Shown: piece after piece, positions 1 through 13,429 of the stretch
Position numbering within the stretch: the stretch's first letter is position 1
Layout of the letters: every line of letters begins with the position of its first letter
From: Octopus sinensis
Taxonomy: Eukaryota
Assembly (NCBI RefSeq): GCF_006345805.1
Contig: NC_042998.1
Coordinates: 145,762,001 to 145,826,000, forward strand
DNA: 64,000 nt
Direction: 5' to 3'
Notes under the pieces: generated by a model
Told to the model about the DNA's origin: nothing
Seen by the model: only the letters and a program-made list of their open reading frames with translations
The model's database searches: none
Program-made: the position numbers and the translations under genes

Positions 1-659
1 GCATTCAAAATGGCGCTATATTGTTTCTGTCACCTCAGCCCCAATGTTAGAAATGTATGCTGGATGTATGTAAGGAGGAAGGATTCATGAATTTAGCTGT
101 TGCTAATTCATGCAGATGACTCGGTCTGTCTTTGTACAACAATCCAAATTCATGTTATCGCAGTTCAAATAAAAGTCCTCTAAAACTTTATTGGGCAAAA
201 TCTGGAACTGATATCGATCCAGAAGACACGTTATAACCGTTGGTATTTTGTTTTTTCTTTATCGTTATATATAACCAGCGCTTTATTCTCAGTCGACCTT
301 AATGCTAACTAATGATGGTGGAATATAATAATAAAAATTTCAAATGAAGACTTGGATCTGAATGAATGCTATCATTTGGTCACGACACACTGCAGGAAAG
401 AGGAGAAAAAATTTCTATTTTCGAAACTCTAAAGAAATAAGAATTTAAAATTTATAAAATCGTCCGCTTTGTGCGCCCTCTGGCAAGATTGGTTGATTGT
501 TCATAATTGCGACGCAAAACCATAGAATTTAACTATGAAACAAACTGTCAATTCTTCGACGGATCTTTTTATTATATGTTTTTGTTGTTTTTGTCTTCTC
601 TTTTTTTTCATATATTTTAATTTTTCAGTTTAAGATTTTATTATATTGTATTGTTTCAT

Positions 660-1335
<676 letters not shown>

Positions 1336-1831
1336 ATAGGATAAAGTTATATATATATATAACTTTATCCTGTTTTATCTCTCACCTTGCACATTATTTT
1401 CTACATCACTATCACTTTCCTCTAATTATCAATTCCTTATTACCTTTTCTTTATTTACTTATTTATGTTTTTCCTTCTGAAATTTTGTTTATCTCTCTTT
1501 GTATCTCTGTAAACAATTAGATTTTATTCTTTCCGGTGATGTGGGCTGATGTCTAAGAAGAATCAATTATGTCTCTATTGTGTTGGCATCTCGTATGTAT
1601 GTGCGTGTTTGTGTATGCGCGTGTGTATTAAGAATGTATATGCGTATGTATGTATGTACGTATGAATGTATGTAAGTATACATTCACGTGTTTATTTATG
1701 TGTGTGTATGTAGGTTTGTATGCCTGTATACATACACGTGTGTATGTATGCGTGTTTTAATGTATGTATGTGCGTGTCTACGCATACATACATTAATACA
1801 CACATGTATGTGTGTGTGAATATATTGTATG

Positions 1832-1873
<42 letters not shown>

Positions 1874-2846
1874 TAAATGCATTATATTATTACTATTTTC
1901 ATTGTTTCACTATAGCTATAAATTTGTACATATATATATGCGTATATGAATACACACACATATTTATACATACATATATACACGCGTACACATGGCATAT
2001 TTATATCTGTGTGTGTGTAAACACGCTGTTCCAAGTTTTGCACGTATAAAAAATAAGTATTTATACAAAGGGACATAAACATTTAAAATTATATAATTTC
2101 CTTGTGTATATATATTTACTCATTTATATATGTATACGAATTAATTTAGGAATCTTATAGTTTTTTCATAACATTTTATATGTGGGTGAATTCATGCATG
2201 TGTATACGTATTTGCGTCTTTGTGTTTGTGTATGTTTGTACATATGTATGTGTTCGTGCGTTCTGATGTTTATCAGAAAACATTGTTAAACGCCACATAT
2301 TCTTCTGTTGATAACTTCAAGGTCTAAAGTTCGATTCCTAGAATGTGGTATTGAGATATAAGCCATGATTTACATGATTTATATCAGAATGATTTAAAAA
2401 GAACAATTAGCAAAGTTTGGAATGCATGGAACAAATATAATCCTTGGAAGACATAGTCAGCTACTTTTTTGCGTTTATTTTTATGTAAATAATTCCTTCT
2501 AATACTTGGCACAACGCGCTCGAATTTTGAGGAAAGGCGGTGAATCGATTAAATCGACACCAATACCCAACAGTTATTTATTTTATCGATCTCGAGAGGG
2601 TGAATGGCAAAAATCGACCACGACAGCATTTGAATTTGTAACTGCAGCAACACAAGACTAGTACTATTTTCAGATAAGCTTACTGGAACAACGTGAATAA
2701 AATGTCCTGCTCAATGACAAAATGCGCCGCACGCACCAGAAATCGAACCCAGAACATTATGTTCATGAGCCGGACACTCTAACACGAGGTCGTGTACATT
2801 CAAAAAGTGAGCAACTCATGTACACACGCACGCACACATACACACA

Positions 2847-2899
<53 letters not shown>

Positions 2900-2904
<5 letters not shown>

Positions 2905-3066
2905 TGAAATTTACAATAGAAAACAAAACAAAAGACGAAGACGGGTGTGTAAACAACAGACTGATGTATTAATTTAACGCTCGGGAAGTGAGTAAACCTC
3001 TTACGTTTCGAGCCTACACTCTTCGACAGTAAGGAACACAAAAATAAGAAGCGAGGGAAAATAAAA
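2900..3066 (-). repeat. Solo pLTR 3' fragment homologous to 33290-33440, with HHR-like motif
   Basis: The reverse complement aligns to the 33.3-kb pLTR end (GAAGAG.GTAGGCTCGAA...GAGCGTTAAA.TAATACA..GTTGTTTA). Confidence 0.8.
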
Positions 3067-3081
3067 TAATATATATATATA

Positions 3082-3140
<59 letters not shown>

Positions 3141-3228
3141 TGTACTAGTAATATAGGATAAAAAATTTATCAGAAAAAAAATTTCATCAAAAGTGGTAGC
3201 GTATTAAAATACCTTTAAAGGTTAAAAT

Positions 3229-3378
3229 TATAAACAAGGGCAAAAGAAAAGTTATTTCCATACCAATATGCTGATAACAGACGTTAAATCGTCAATTTCC
3301 ACATTGGAAATTGACGATTTAAAGTCTGTTATCAGCATATTGGCATGGAAATAATTCTTCTTTTGCCCATGATTATAA
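3229..3378. repeat. ~150-bp near-perfect inverted repeat
   Basis: Arms GGGCAAAAGAAAAGTTATTTCCATACCAATATGCTGATAACAGAC..AATCGTCAATTTCC and its reverse complement, with a 3-5-nt loop. Confidence 0.9.
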
Positions 3379-3381
3379 GTT

Positions 3382-3517
<136 letters not shown>

Positions 3518-3555
3518 GAAAGTTGGTTTGTGAAAGCACATGGTTGAATATATAG

Positions 3556-4475
3556 AAAATAGTAAAAAAGTGAAAAAACTACAGAAGGCTTAAAGGTTAA
3601 AAAATATATATATTTGCGTCAATATGTCTGAAGAATATTAAAAATAATTTTTTCCTTACAATGACATAATTTAGAAGAAAGACCGGTTTGGCGTTTAGCT
3701 TCTCAAATTTCTTGCGACGTTATGTTTATGTTGAATAGAGTTATCGTTATGTTTAAGTTTAAAAGAGTTCTAAATAAGGGGAGGTAATGAGTGATTTCTT
3801 CCGGTGTAAGGGAGATAATCGCTTAAAATTTTTTTCTTTTCCGTTGGTGTGAATTTCTCTGTATCAGTATGTTGGCATGTGCCTCTTAAAACATAATTTA
3901 TGTCATAAAATGCTCGGGCTGCCACCAAGACTACGTGGGATATCACTCAGACGTAGATGCACACTGCATCGACAACAGATTGCATTCCCAGAATACAGAA
4001 TGATACTTTTTAGTGAGCACATTGAGAAATGCGCAAAGCAACTACTACAATTTTTAATCTTTCCATTTTACCAATGTGCTATCGGATCATCAACACAAAT
4101 TAGACTAAACAAGGAAACATTCTTCATTGAAAAGTACAAGCCCAGACTTAACCATGCCAACATACTGATACAGAGAAATTCACACCAAGGGAAAAGAAAA
4201 ATATTTTAAGCGATTATCTCCCTTACACCGGAAGAAATCACTCATTACCTCCCCTTATTTAGAACTCTTTTAAACATAAACATAACGATAACTCTATTCA
4301 ACATAAACATAACGTGGCAAGAAATTTGAGAAGCTAAACGCCAAACCGGTCTTTCTTCTAAATTATGTCATTGTAAGGAAAATAATTTTTTTAATATTCT
4401 TCAGACATATTGACGCAAATATATATATTTTTTAACCTTTAAGCCTTCTGTAGTTTTTTCACTTTTTACTATTTT
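3556..4475 (+). mobile_element. 5'-truncated Penelope-like element: inverted pLTR + GIY-YIG C-terminus + pLTR
   Basis: ~323-bp near-perfect inverted arms at 3556-3879 and 4153-4475. The spacer encodes IYVIKCSGCHQDYVG..RCTLHRQQI..IFPFY..KETFFIEKYKPRLN. Confidence 0.88.
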
Positions 4476-4482
4476 ATATATA

Positions 4483-4555
<73 letters not shown>

Positions 4556-5753
4556 TTTAACTTTTTGCACAAAGTCAACAATTTTAGTGGGAAGAGATTA
4601 GTCGATTACATCGATCTCAGTGCTCAACTGGTACTTATTTTATTGAGTCGTTAAAGTTTGATTTGAGGATGATTTAGCTGTTACTTTTTAACAGGTTTCA
4701 GTTTCGACCTAGATAATTCTTATTGTTACATTTTAATGATGACTTGTCTGTAAAGTTCCTGCTTTGCGTAAATTATCATTGCTGCTACTGTTCTTGTTGT
4801 TTCTGTTGTTGTGCTTCATGAAACAAATTTGTCGTTCTCACAGTTCTCACAGTCAGACCAGTAAAACCAAGGTAAGCACGTTACGGTACTGGGATAGTAA
4901 AGTTGTCTTTTGTTGAAATACATCTTTATAGCATCAGCAAACGAGTTGAATGGTTCACATCCTGCTACCGGTGCTTTTCTGTGTTCAAAAAGCACATAAA
5001 TCTAATCGATCTGCTTTGTAAGTAAATAATTATAATTGTAAATCGTTAAACTGAGATTGATATTATTGGATGGAACTGAAATAGGAACTAATTTTGACAA
5101 ACCATATTCGTCGCAAAACAGTTGTTCTTCTGTGACAAAACACAACAGCGGTTAGCTTGTTCACGTTTGAATCTGCCAGAACGCTTTATGAAAAATATGC
5201 GAGCCATCGTTTTGTTTCTCACTATTTTCCATGCATAGACGAATTATACTGTGTAACACGATTTTTGTTCTTGCTACTCAAGAACTGTTATTTCCTATTT
5301 GCCATGAAAAATGGCTAATATTTCAAACTTTGCTTTTGTTACATTTATTCAAACCCCAAAAGAATCACTCTCAACACATAGCTACAATGCTCCCCACTAC
5401 CCCAGTTCATGATCAAAAACGCACATATTATCAGCCACTAACAAACCATTTCCAGTGGTTAAGGTCAAGCAAATTTGTGGCATTGAGCAAAATATTTGCT
5501 ATAACAATATTTCTGATTCAGCAACTCAGCGCTGAACGTGTCTGAAACGTAATGGAAAATAGGTCAGTTACAAAACATTGTTATCCAAGTCACAATAGCA
5601 AAATTTGAAGGGAATAGTAGTCATTTCCTTTGATTTCTAGATAGAAGTAAGTAACACTTACTGATCAAAGTGAAATTTTTTTTTTTTAATTGTTACACTT
5701 ATTTTTACATTATTTACATGTGGCGGATATTTGTCTTCATCTTATTTGCTGTT

Positions 5754-5799
5754 GACACAACGTTTCGGCTGATATACCCTCCAGCCTTCATCAGGTGTC
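5754..5799 (-). ncRNA. Minimal type-I hammerhead ribozyme, canonical core
   Basis: GACAC-CTGATGA-A-GGCTG(gagggtatat)CAGCC-GAAACGT-T-GTGTC: 5-bp stem I, 5-bp stem II, palindromic ACGT stem III, GUU cleavage triplet. Confidence 0.85.
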
Positions 5800-5908
5800 T
5801 TGGGGAAATTTCGAATCTGGGTTCTCATTCCTAAGGTATTTTTCGATGTTGTTGTTGTTGTTGCTGTCGTCGTTCTTGTTGTTGTTGTTGCTGTCGTCGT
5901 TGTTGTTG

Positions 5909-5942
<34 letters not shown>

Positions 5943-6032
5943 GGACATATGACGTAGTGGTTAAGAGCGCGGACTACTAACCCCAAGATTCCAAGTTCGA
6001 TTCCAAGTTGAATGATGACGATAATAATAATA

Positions 6033-6098
<66 letters not shown>

Positions 6099-6162
6099 TA
6101 ATAATAATAATAACATCGAAAAATACCTTAGGAATGAGAATCCAGGTTTCAAATTTCCCCAA

Positions 6163-6208
6163 GGCACCTGATGGAGGCTGGAGGGTATACCAGCCTAAAC
6201 GCTGTGTT
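6163..6208 (+). ncRNA. Degenerate hammerhead, same family as 5754-5799
   Basis: CTGATGG (A9G), TAAAC (G12U), GCT (U16.1C). Stems are retained but the core is probably inactive. Confidence 0.7.
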
Positions 6209-6830
6209 AACAACAAACAAGATGAGGATAAATATCCGTCAAATGTAAATAATGTAAATAATGTACATAATTCCTCATCTCTTAAATATAGAACTGTACT
6301 GTTATTTTTGCAGAAATCATGACTGTTCTGTGAACAGATTTTTTTTCTCTGAATTTATAACCAAGACTATAGGTTCTAGTGAAATGCATTAGTCCGAGGT
6401 AGCTTCTGACTGTCGAGACGCAACTATGTCTAAACACTATATTCGTCATAAAGGACAAGTTGTTCTGTAACGAACACTTCAGGAGTTAGCATATTTACGT
6501 TCTAATTTGCTGGAACACAGTAAGAATAAATATATAAGCCATCGAATATATTTACTATCGACTGTAAAAGGGGACTATTTATTCAAGATTCTTTCTCATT
6601 AACTGCTAGCTCGTGAGATTACCATCAAGTGAAATATTAATCTTGATTAGAAATTTGGATGGTGAACATTTAATGTGGTTTTAGAGTCAGGTTTTGGCTG
6701 CTATTTCCAGCGTGGCGGTATCTCTTATATACCCTAAATTATAATTTTAATAATAATTATTACCATTGAAGGTTTTTATTACCATGCTGACCACTTGATA
6801 AGATCGATATTTAAATTAACGATCTTATCC

Positions 6831-6909
<79 letters not shown>

Positions 6910-7559
6910 CATTATCTAACAGACTCACCGGTGTTGAGTCCAAATACAGGAGTACGTCCTCAAACATGAAGCATCCTCTATACTAAATAGGAAAAACACG
7001 TAAAAAGTAGTGATATCCCAATGCCCACAGAATATACATACATAGGTACATTTGCTAGTAGGCTGTTATGTAGGCAAATATATATAAATATGGGTAGGTA
7101 GATGGATATGTAGGTAAGCATACAAATACATAGGTAAATAGATAGGTACATAGGTAATACAGACAGACAAGCACGCAGGCACACACACACACATACACAC
7201 AAGTACACATATGGAGGCATACATCCATAAATAACAGACGCATGAGCATGGTCACACAAAGCCATACATATAGACACACTCAAACACACACACGCAAGGA
7301 GACAGAGGTATACATATAACTGCACACAAATACACACACACATACACATACATACAAACATACATACACACAAACACGCACAGTCACACACAAACACATG
7401 AATATGCAGAATACATACATACATACAGACAGACACGCATACATACATATATGCATACACACACCCACATACACACATACGTACGTACATACATACATAC
7501 ATACATACATACATACATACATACATACATACATACATACATACATACAGTTTTACACC

Positions 7560-9070
7560 GCAATCGAGAAACTTTCTCAAGTCTAGCATATTCAATATTC
7601 AATGCGCACTCTCTCCAACTCGCCTTTTGTACTTGCCGTAACCTAGCACAAATAATAATAGCGCACAATGCGAGGAAATTATCCTACTTCCGATAGACCG
7701 GTGGAAATTGACAAAAAGGAATCTATCAACGGAAATATTGATAATACGAATCCTCCTGAAGGGTAGAAACAGTTAATAACGGAAAGGACCAGGGCACTAA
7801 AACCAAAATAACACGCACTGGAATGAGGGAGGGTATAATCTAAGAACCAGCGGTCAAAGGGAAACAAACCTAACACCTACCTCTACAAGAAGGGAACGCG
7901 AACCGCTAGACATAACAGCGCACAAATACGTATGCATAGAAATATTAGAAAAAATACTAGACCGATAGAGATGAGAACAGCAGAGACATCTAGCAGAAGC
8001 CATAACACAATAAATGATAGAGACAAGTAATTAAATCTCTGCAACTGTGCCAGGGATGCAGTATGCCCGTTAGACTCAAGATGTTTGACGAAAAACCTGG
8101 GCTGTAGATGCATAATCATTTCTGAGGCAAAGACGTAATTTTATACAGAGGCAAGCTCTCATAATTTCAAGAGAGGGCTGGCTAATCACTTAAATTCTTT
8201 TAAAGGCCGAAAAAAAGATGAATAGTACGAGCCTCAGCAAACTAATCTGGTCAAGTAAAGACAAAAACCATAGCTATATTATGGAGTGGGAAACATTCAG
8301 CACAGCGAAACCATATCGAGCAGGGGGAAGTAGATATGACTTATGTATAGAAGAATTATACCAAATACTTACAGCGAGTAACACATTACTTAATACCAGG
8401 CTTGATCAGGCATGAAGGTGCTTACACAAACACGACAAAACATTTAAAGAGTTGAAAGACGGTTCTGGATAACCAGTGCCCCACCCACAGTTCAGTGTGA
8501 AATGATGGAGAGAAGAACATATCCTATACCCGCAAAATTTCATAACTCTCCTTAACAAACCTAGCTTATATTGTATCCAATGTATACTGCAAAACATAAC
8601 ACAGCAAAGAAAATGAATAGATGAACAGTTAAAAATATTACACTACAAGTGCTACACTTGAAAACAAAACTACAGTGTATCCAACTACACAAGGAGCTCT
8701 GCGAAAACACAAACTTCAACCTTGACCTAATTAGACCCAACTCTGACTTCGAACAGTAACTGGTGTGAATCTGAGGTCAACCGCGGAAGCCTACAAACGG
8801 TCCTGATTTAATTTTCCCAACCCACCCCCACCTTCTCCGACCTTCTCTTGAACCCTAACTAACAAACAATTAACTCCCCTCAGTCTGTTTCGAAACTAAT
8901 CAAATGGATAGACCTTGAAGAAGCTTCACCGAAAATAGTGCCTGATTGCATCTGTAACTGCCCGTGTTCGGTGCAGTGGAAACATGTGTAGATCATAAAG
9001 ACTATAAAGATATACTGTATAAAATTGTAAAATAAGAGAAAAGATGTTGAGGATGAACAAGTCTTTATGT
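7560..9070 (+). mobile_element. Degraded Penelope-like element 3' part (GIY-YIG of the CNC..CPL type) and pLTR
   Basis: CNCARDAVCPLDSRCL..NHLNSFK..TSLSKLIW..EWE..AKPY..DLCIEE..LLNTR..CLHKH with stops and frameshifts (~8037-8480). Decayed HHR-like motif near 8915. Boundaries approximate. Confidence 0.8.
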
Positions 9071-9705
9071 TCTATATCGTTATAACTATTGCTAATATAT
9101 ACGTATGTATGTATGTATGTATGTATGTATGTATGTATGTATGTATGTATGTATGTATGTATGTATGTATGTATGTATATACGTGCATACATACATACTT
9201 ACATACGCACACATACATACATACATTACATATACGTAGATATAATTGCCTATTACTTTTTCGGGTGAATAAAATAAGTATCAATTGAGCATGTGTCGAT
9301 GCAATCGACTTGGCCCTCCTACAAAATGACTGGCTATATGCCCAAAATTTCACACCTTATATATATATATATATATACATACATACATACATACATACAT
9401 GCATACATACATACATCATACATACTTGCATGCATATATATATATACATATATATATATGATTGATGATAATATACGTAAGGATATATATGAAAATAACA
9501 ATAAGAAAGAAATGAAAATATTTGATCACTTATACCTACAAGCTTTACGCCTCATATGCTTGCGTTTTAATATGCTTTTCGGGACCTGAAACACATATTC
9601 CCGGCCCTCGTTTTAACAGCGGATTTATAACTCATCCGCTTAATATGAAGCCAATCTTAGACCATCAACCGTTAATATCTATCGGATATCTTTTATTTAT
9701 ATATA

Positions 9706-9752
<47 letters not shown>

Positions 9753-10042
9753 TTTATATCATGTACTATGCATTTGTGTGTCTGCACATGTGGTTGGCGG
9801 ATGTAGTACGGTTTAATCGTCTGCCTCTAAATTAGTTTAGAGAAATATTTCTGTCAGTATTCAAGCGTTCAGACGACAGGCTAGTCATTTAAATGTTGTG
9901 GAAGGAATAGTATATTATTATCACTGGAACTATGCATCTATGTATTCGCACGCATGTGAATACTGGAGGTGTGTGCGTGTATGTGTGTATAATATATATA
10001 TATTGTATATGCAAATACATTACTGGGTATGTGTGTATACAC

Positions 10043-10073
<31 letters not shown>

Positions 10074-10225
10074 CAAATATATATGCGTATATGTACTTGT
10101 ATTCACATTTATATAAGAACATACTTATACGAATATATCAATATATACATTCCTATATGCCCATAAAAAATAAATACAGATATCTATCTGTCTCTCTTTC
10201 TCTCTCTATATATATATATATATAT

Positions 10226-10313
<88 letters not shown>

Positions 10314-10517
10314 CACTTACATATATCCATAGAAATACAAATGTGTGGGGGGATAAATGTAGGTGTGTGGGTGTTCGTTTGGGAGGTTGGATGTGTGTGT
10401 GTGTAAACGACAGATTTTATGTAATCGTACGTATGCATACGCTTTTCTCTCTCTCCTATTTCTCTCTCTCCTATTTCTCTCTCTCCCTCTCTCCGTTTCT
10501 CTCTCTCTCTCTCCTCT

Positions 10518-10565
<48 letters not shown>

Positions 10566-11415
10566 GCTCACTCGCTTTCTTCAATCGAAATTCATTCAGC
10601 AGAACAACAAAATTGGTCTCCAAAATAGGAGACACGATTCTTTTGTTGCTGCTATTCAGACAATAATAGACACAGTGAAATGGCGAACTTTTTAAAACTT
10701 TCTAAATGCGTGTATATAAGGTTAAAGTAAAATCGAAAGGGATTGTTGTTATTTTTATTAATATCTTAATTTTCTTTGTTTCATTTCTTCTGTCAATGTT
10801 TCTTAAAATTCTATGTGATGTAATTTCGAATTTGGAAAAAAAGAGAGAGAAGAAAAAACAGAGACCCATCTTGCAATTTGAACTGACAGCGTGTTGCGTT
10901 ACAATGGGAAAAATAAATAAATAAATAAATAAAGAGAATCAAGAGAAACGAAAAGAAATAAAATAGGAATTCGATTTTTTAAAGAACTGTCTTCTAACTA
11001 TTAAGACGAAAGCAAGGCTCGTCTTATACTCCTTCCACATTTAGCTACTAGACTGAAAAAAAACTTGTAATAAAATAAAACGAGAATGAAAATGTAACAC
11101 TAAGAATTCGAAAGTTTAACACCAAGATTGAAAATTTGCATGGGTATTTATGAGATGAATAAGGTGCCAATGGCTTTAGTATATATTTGGACAAAACGTT
11201 TTTAACTATTTCACTCGTTCTAGCTATTTATACATGACATTATGAAGACACAACTCTATTTTCGTAACATAACAATACAGTATATCGTAGAAATGCCAGT
11301 TTAGATTGGATATCGTGAAGTTTTGATTTAGTGAAGCGTTTTAACTAATTCAATCGTTATAAATATTTCAAAATGTTATGTAATGAAATTGTAGAAGCGA
11401 GAGGCCTATATCATG

Positions 11416-11468
<53 letters not shown>

Positions 11469-11554
11469 CAGTGTGCAGTGAATAAACTGTCGTATAAAGA
11501 CACGCAAATGTAAAAATAACACTGACATCTCATTTTAACACATATATTTACCAA

Positions 11555-11592
11555 TATATTTCGACCCATAAGTCTGGGTCTCTTCGGGTACA
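11555..11592 (-). ncRNA. Hammerhead-like motif (GACCC/GGGTC stem II family)
   Basis: CCGAAGA-GACCC(agacttat)GGGTC-GAAATAT-A. Stem I is poorly paired. Confidence 0.55.
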
Positions 11593-12177
11593 TTGATAAA
11601 GAAGTCTCACTATAACACATTATCCAGAAAATGCCAGCTATGTTAAGTCCCTCTCAATATTGTTAACAAAGGAGCGCTGTATAAAGAGATTTACGGAACA
11701 ATTACCTAGGTACCTGCATACAGTTAAGCATATTTTCACATACTACAATCTAAACTATACCTAACTAATGCAAACCTAACACCAACGACTCGGATTAATC
11801 CCCCTTAGTGAAAACCTCACATACTAAAAAGAACAGTATCGAAATAACATGTATTTAGACATGTAATTTTACAATCCGGATGTGTATATGCGTATAGATG
11901 TATCTATATATGTATGTGAATATGAATATATATGTATATATATATATATATGATACGAGTGTGTGTGTCTGTCTATCTGTCTTCGTGTGTGTGTGCGTGT
12001 GTGTGTGTATCTGGGTCTATGTACGCATTTATATGCATCTTTATGCATGTGTGTGTATGTGCATATGTGTGTATATGCACATGTGTACCTACATATATAA
12101 GATTGTGTATATATGTCCATATACGTATGTGTATGTATATGTATGTATGTATATATATATATATATATATAATATAT

Positions 12178-12248
<71 letters not shown>

Positions 12249-12511
12249 TGTATGTATGTATATATGTATGTATGTATATGTATGTGTATTATTAATCTTC
12301 CTTTCTCCTACTTTCTTTTTCTTCTAATCAGTTATGATAGCGAAAGCTGACTAGGTCATTTTATATAAACTGGAACGCATGATTTTTCCGTTCATATTTT
12401 TTTTTCTGCGTTTCTATTATATCATTTGTTTTTATTCATTCCCGAACTTGATGGTCATAAAACAACAAGCAAGCCGACACTAAAAATCTCTAGTGAGACT
12501 TTTTTATCTAT

Positions 12512-12551
12512 GTACCTGAAGTGACCCAAACTGATGGGTCGAAATATGTAC
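12512..12551 (+). ncRNA. Hammerhead-like motif, paralogue of 11555-11592
   Basis: GTAC-CTGAAGT-GACCC(aaactgat)GGGTC-GAAATAT-GTAC. About 65 bp of shared flank with the 11.57-kb copy. Confidence 0.55.
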
Positions 12552-12689
12552 CCTACCTAATAAAAGTCTAATACGAAATACATCTCTTACTATTAATACT
12601 ACTACCCTAACAGTCACGAACTCCATTAACTTACATCCGTTTCTGCTGTGACCTAAGTGATACTTTGTATATATAAATGTATGCATATT

Positions 12690-12738
<49 letters not shown>

Positions 12739-12846
12739 ATATACCGGTGTAAGCACATAAATGTGAAACAAGGTGGAACAAAGAGTACTCAAATGCCAGA
12801 GGTAGAGTAATATGCTTTATTTAAAAGCAGCAGAAATATAACAAAA

Positions 12847-12884
12847 CTGCCCGACGTACGGGAACGTGAAACTCTGAGTAACAG
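12847..12884 (+). ncRNA. Second copy of the U4C hammerhead (A9U mutated) inside a fold-back
   Basis: CTGC-CCGACGT-ACG(GGAA)CGT-GAAACTCTGAGTA-ACAG, enclosed by ~36-bp inverted arms at 12811-12849 / 12882-12920. Confidence 0.75.
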
Positions 12885-13088
12885 CTTTTGTTATATTTCT
12901 GCTGCTTTTAAATAAAGTATATATATAATATATATATATATATATTATATCAATTATATATATATATAATTATGTATATAATTATGATAATTATTATTAT
13001 ATTTGTAAAATTTACCTATAAGGTTTTTATTTTCGCGCTAACCCCTTGGTAAAATCATTAATGATTTTTACACTTTATTATAATTATA

Positions 13089-13130
<42 letters not shown>

Positions 13131-13363
13131 CACACATGTATACATACATATCTATACGTATATGAAAACATATATGTGTAGGTATACTCATATATGTATG
13201 TATCTATAATATATGTGCATGTTTATGTGTGCAGATGTATAGATGGATATATGCCTGTTGGGCTGTGTGCATGTATAGCTGCGAGTGCATATGTGTGCAT
13301 ATGCGTGTGTGCATGTGTGTGTGTTTGTGTATGCGTTGTGTGTGTGTGTTGCATGTGTGTGTG

Positions 13364-13412
<49 letters not shown>

Positions 13413-13429
13413 ATCTTGTGCATCAGTCA

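Larger units (their letters stand above)
5703..6308 (+). mobile_element. Composite tRNA-head + (AAT)n + hammerhead element with inverted 5' partial copy
   Basis: A-box-like TGACGTAGTGG at 5950-5960 and B-box GTTCGATTCC at 5995-6004. The body (6113-6300) is mirrored as an inverted copy at 5703-5870, and both carry the HHR motif. Confidence 0.8.

Noticed and set aside
3620-3670. CTGAAGA in the 3.6/4.4-kb pLTR as a hammerhead
   Set aside because: No stem II and no GAAA follow.
5945-6010. tRNA-like sequences here and at 34028 and 48303 as functional tRNA genes
   Set aside because: A/B boxes are present but acceptor stems do not close, and each runs into a repeated body; these are SINE heads.
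10680-10722. ATGGCGAAC...AAG|GTTAAA as a first coding exon after a (CT)n tract
   Set aside because: The donor is weak and there is no supporting homology; indistinguishable from chance.
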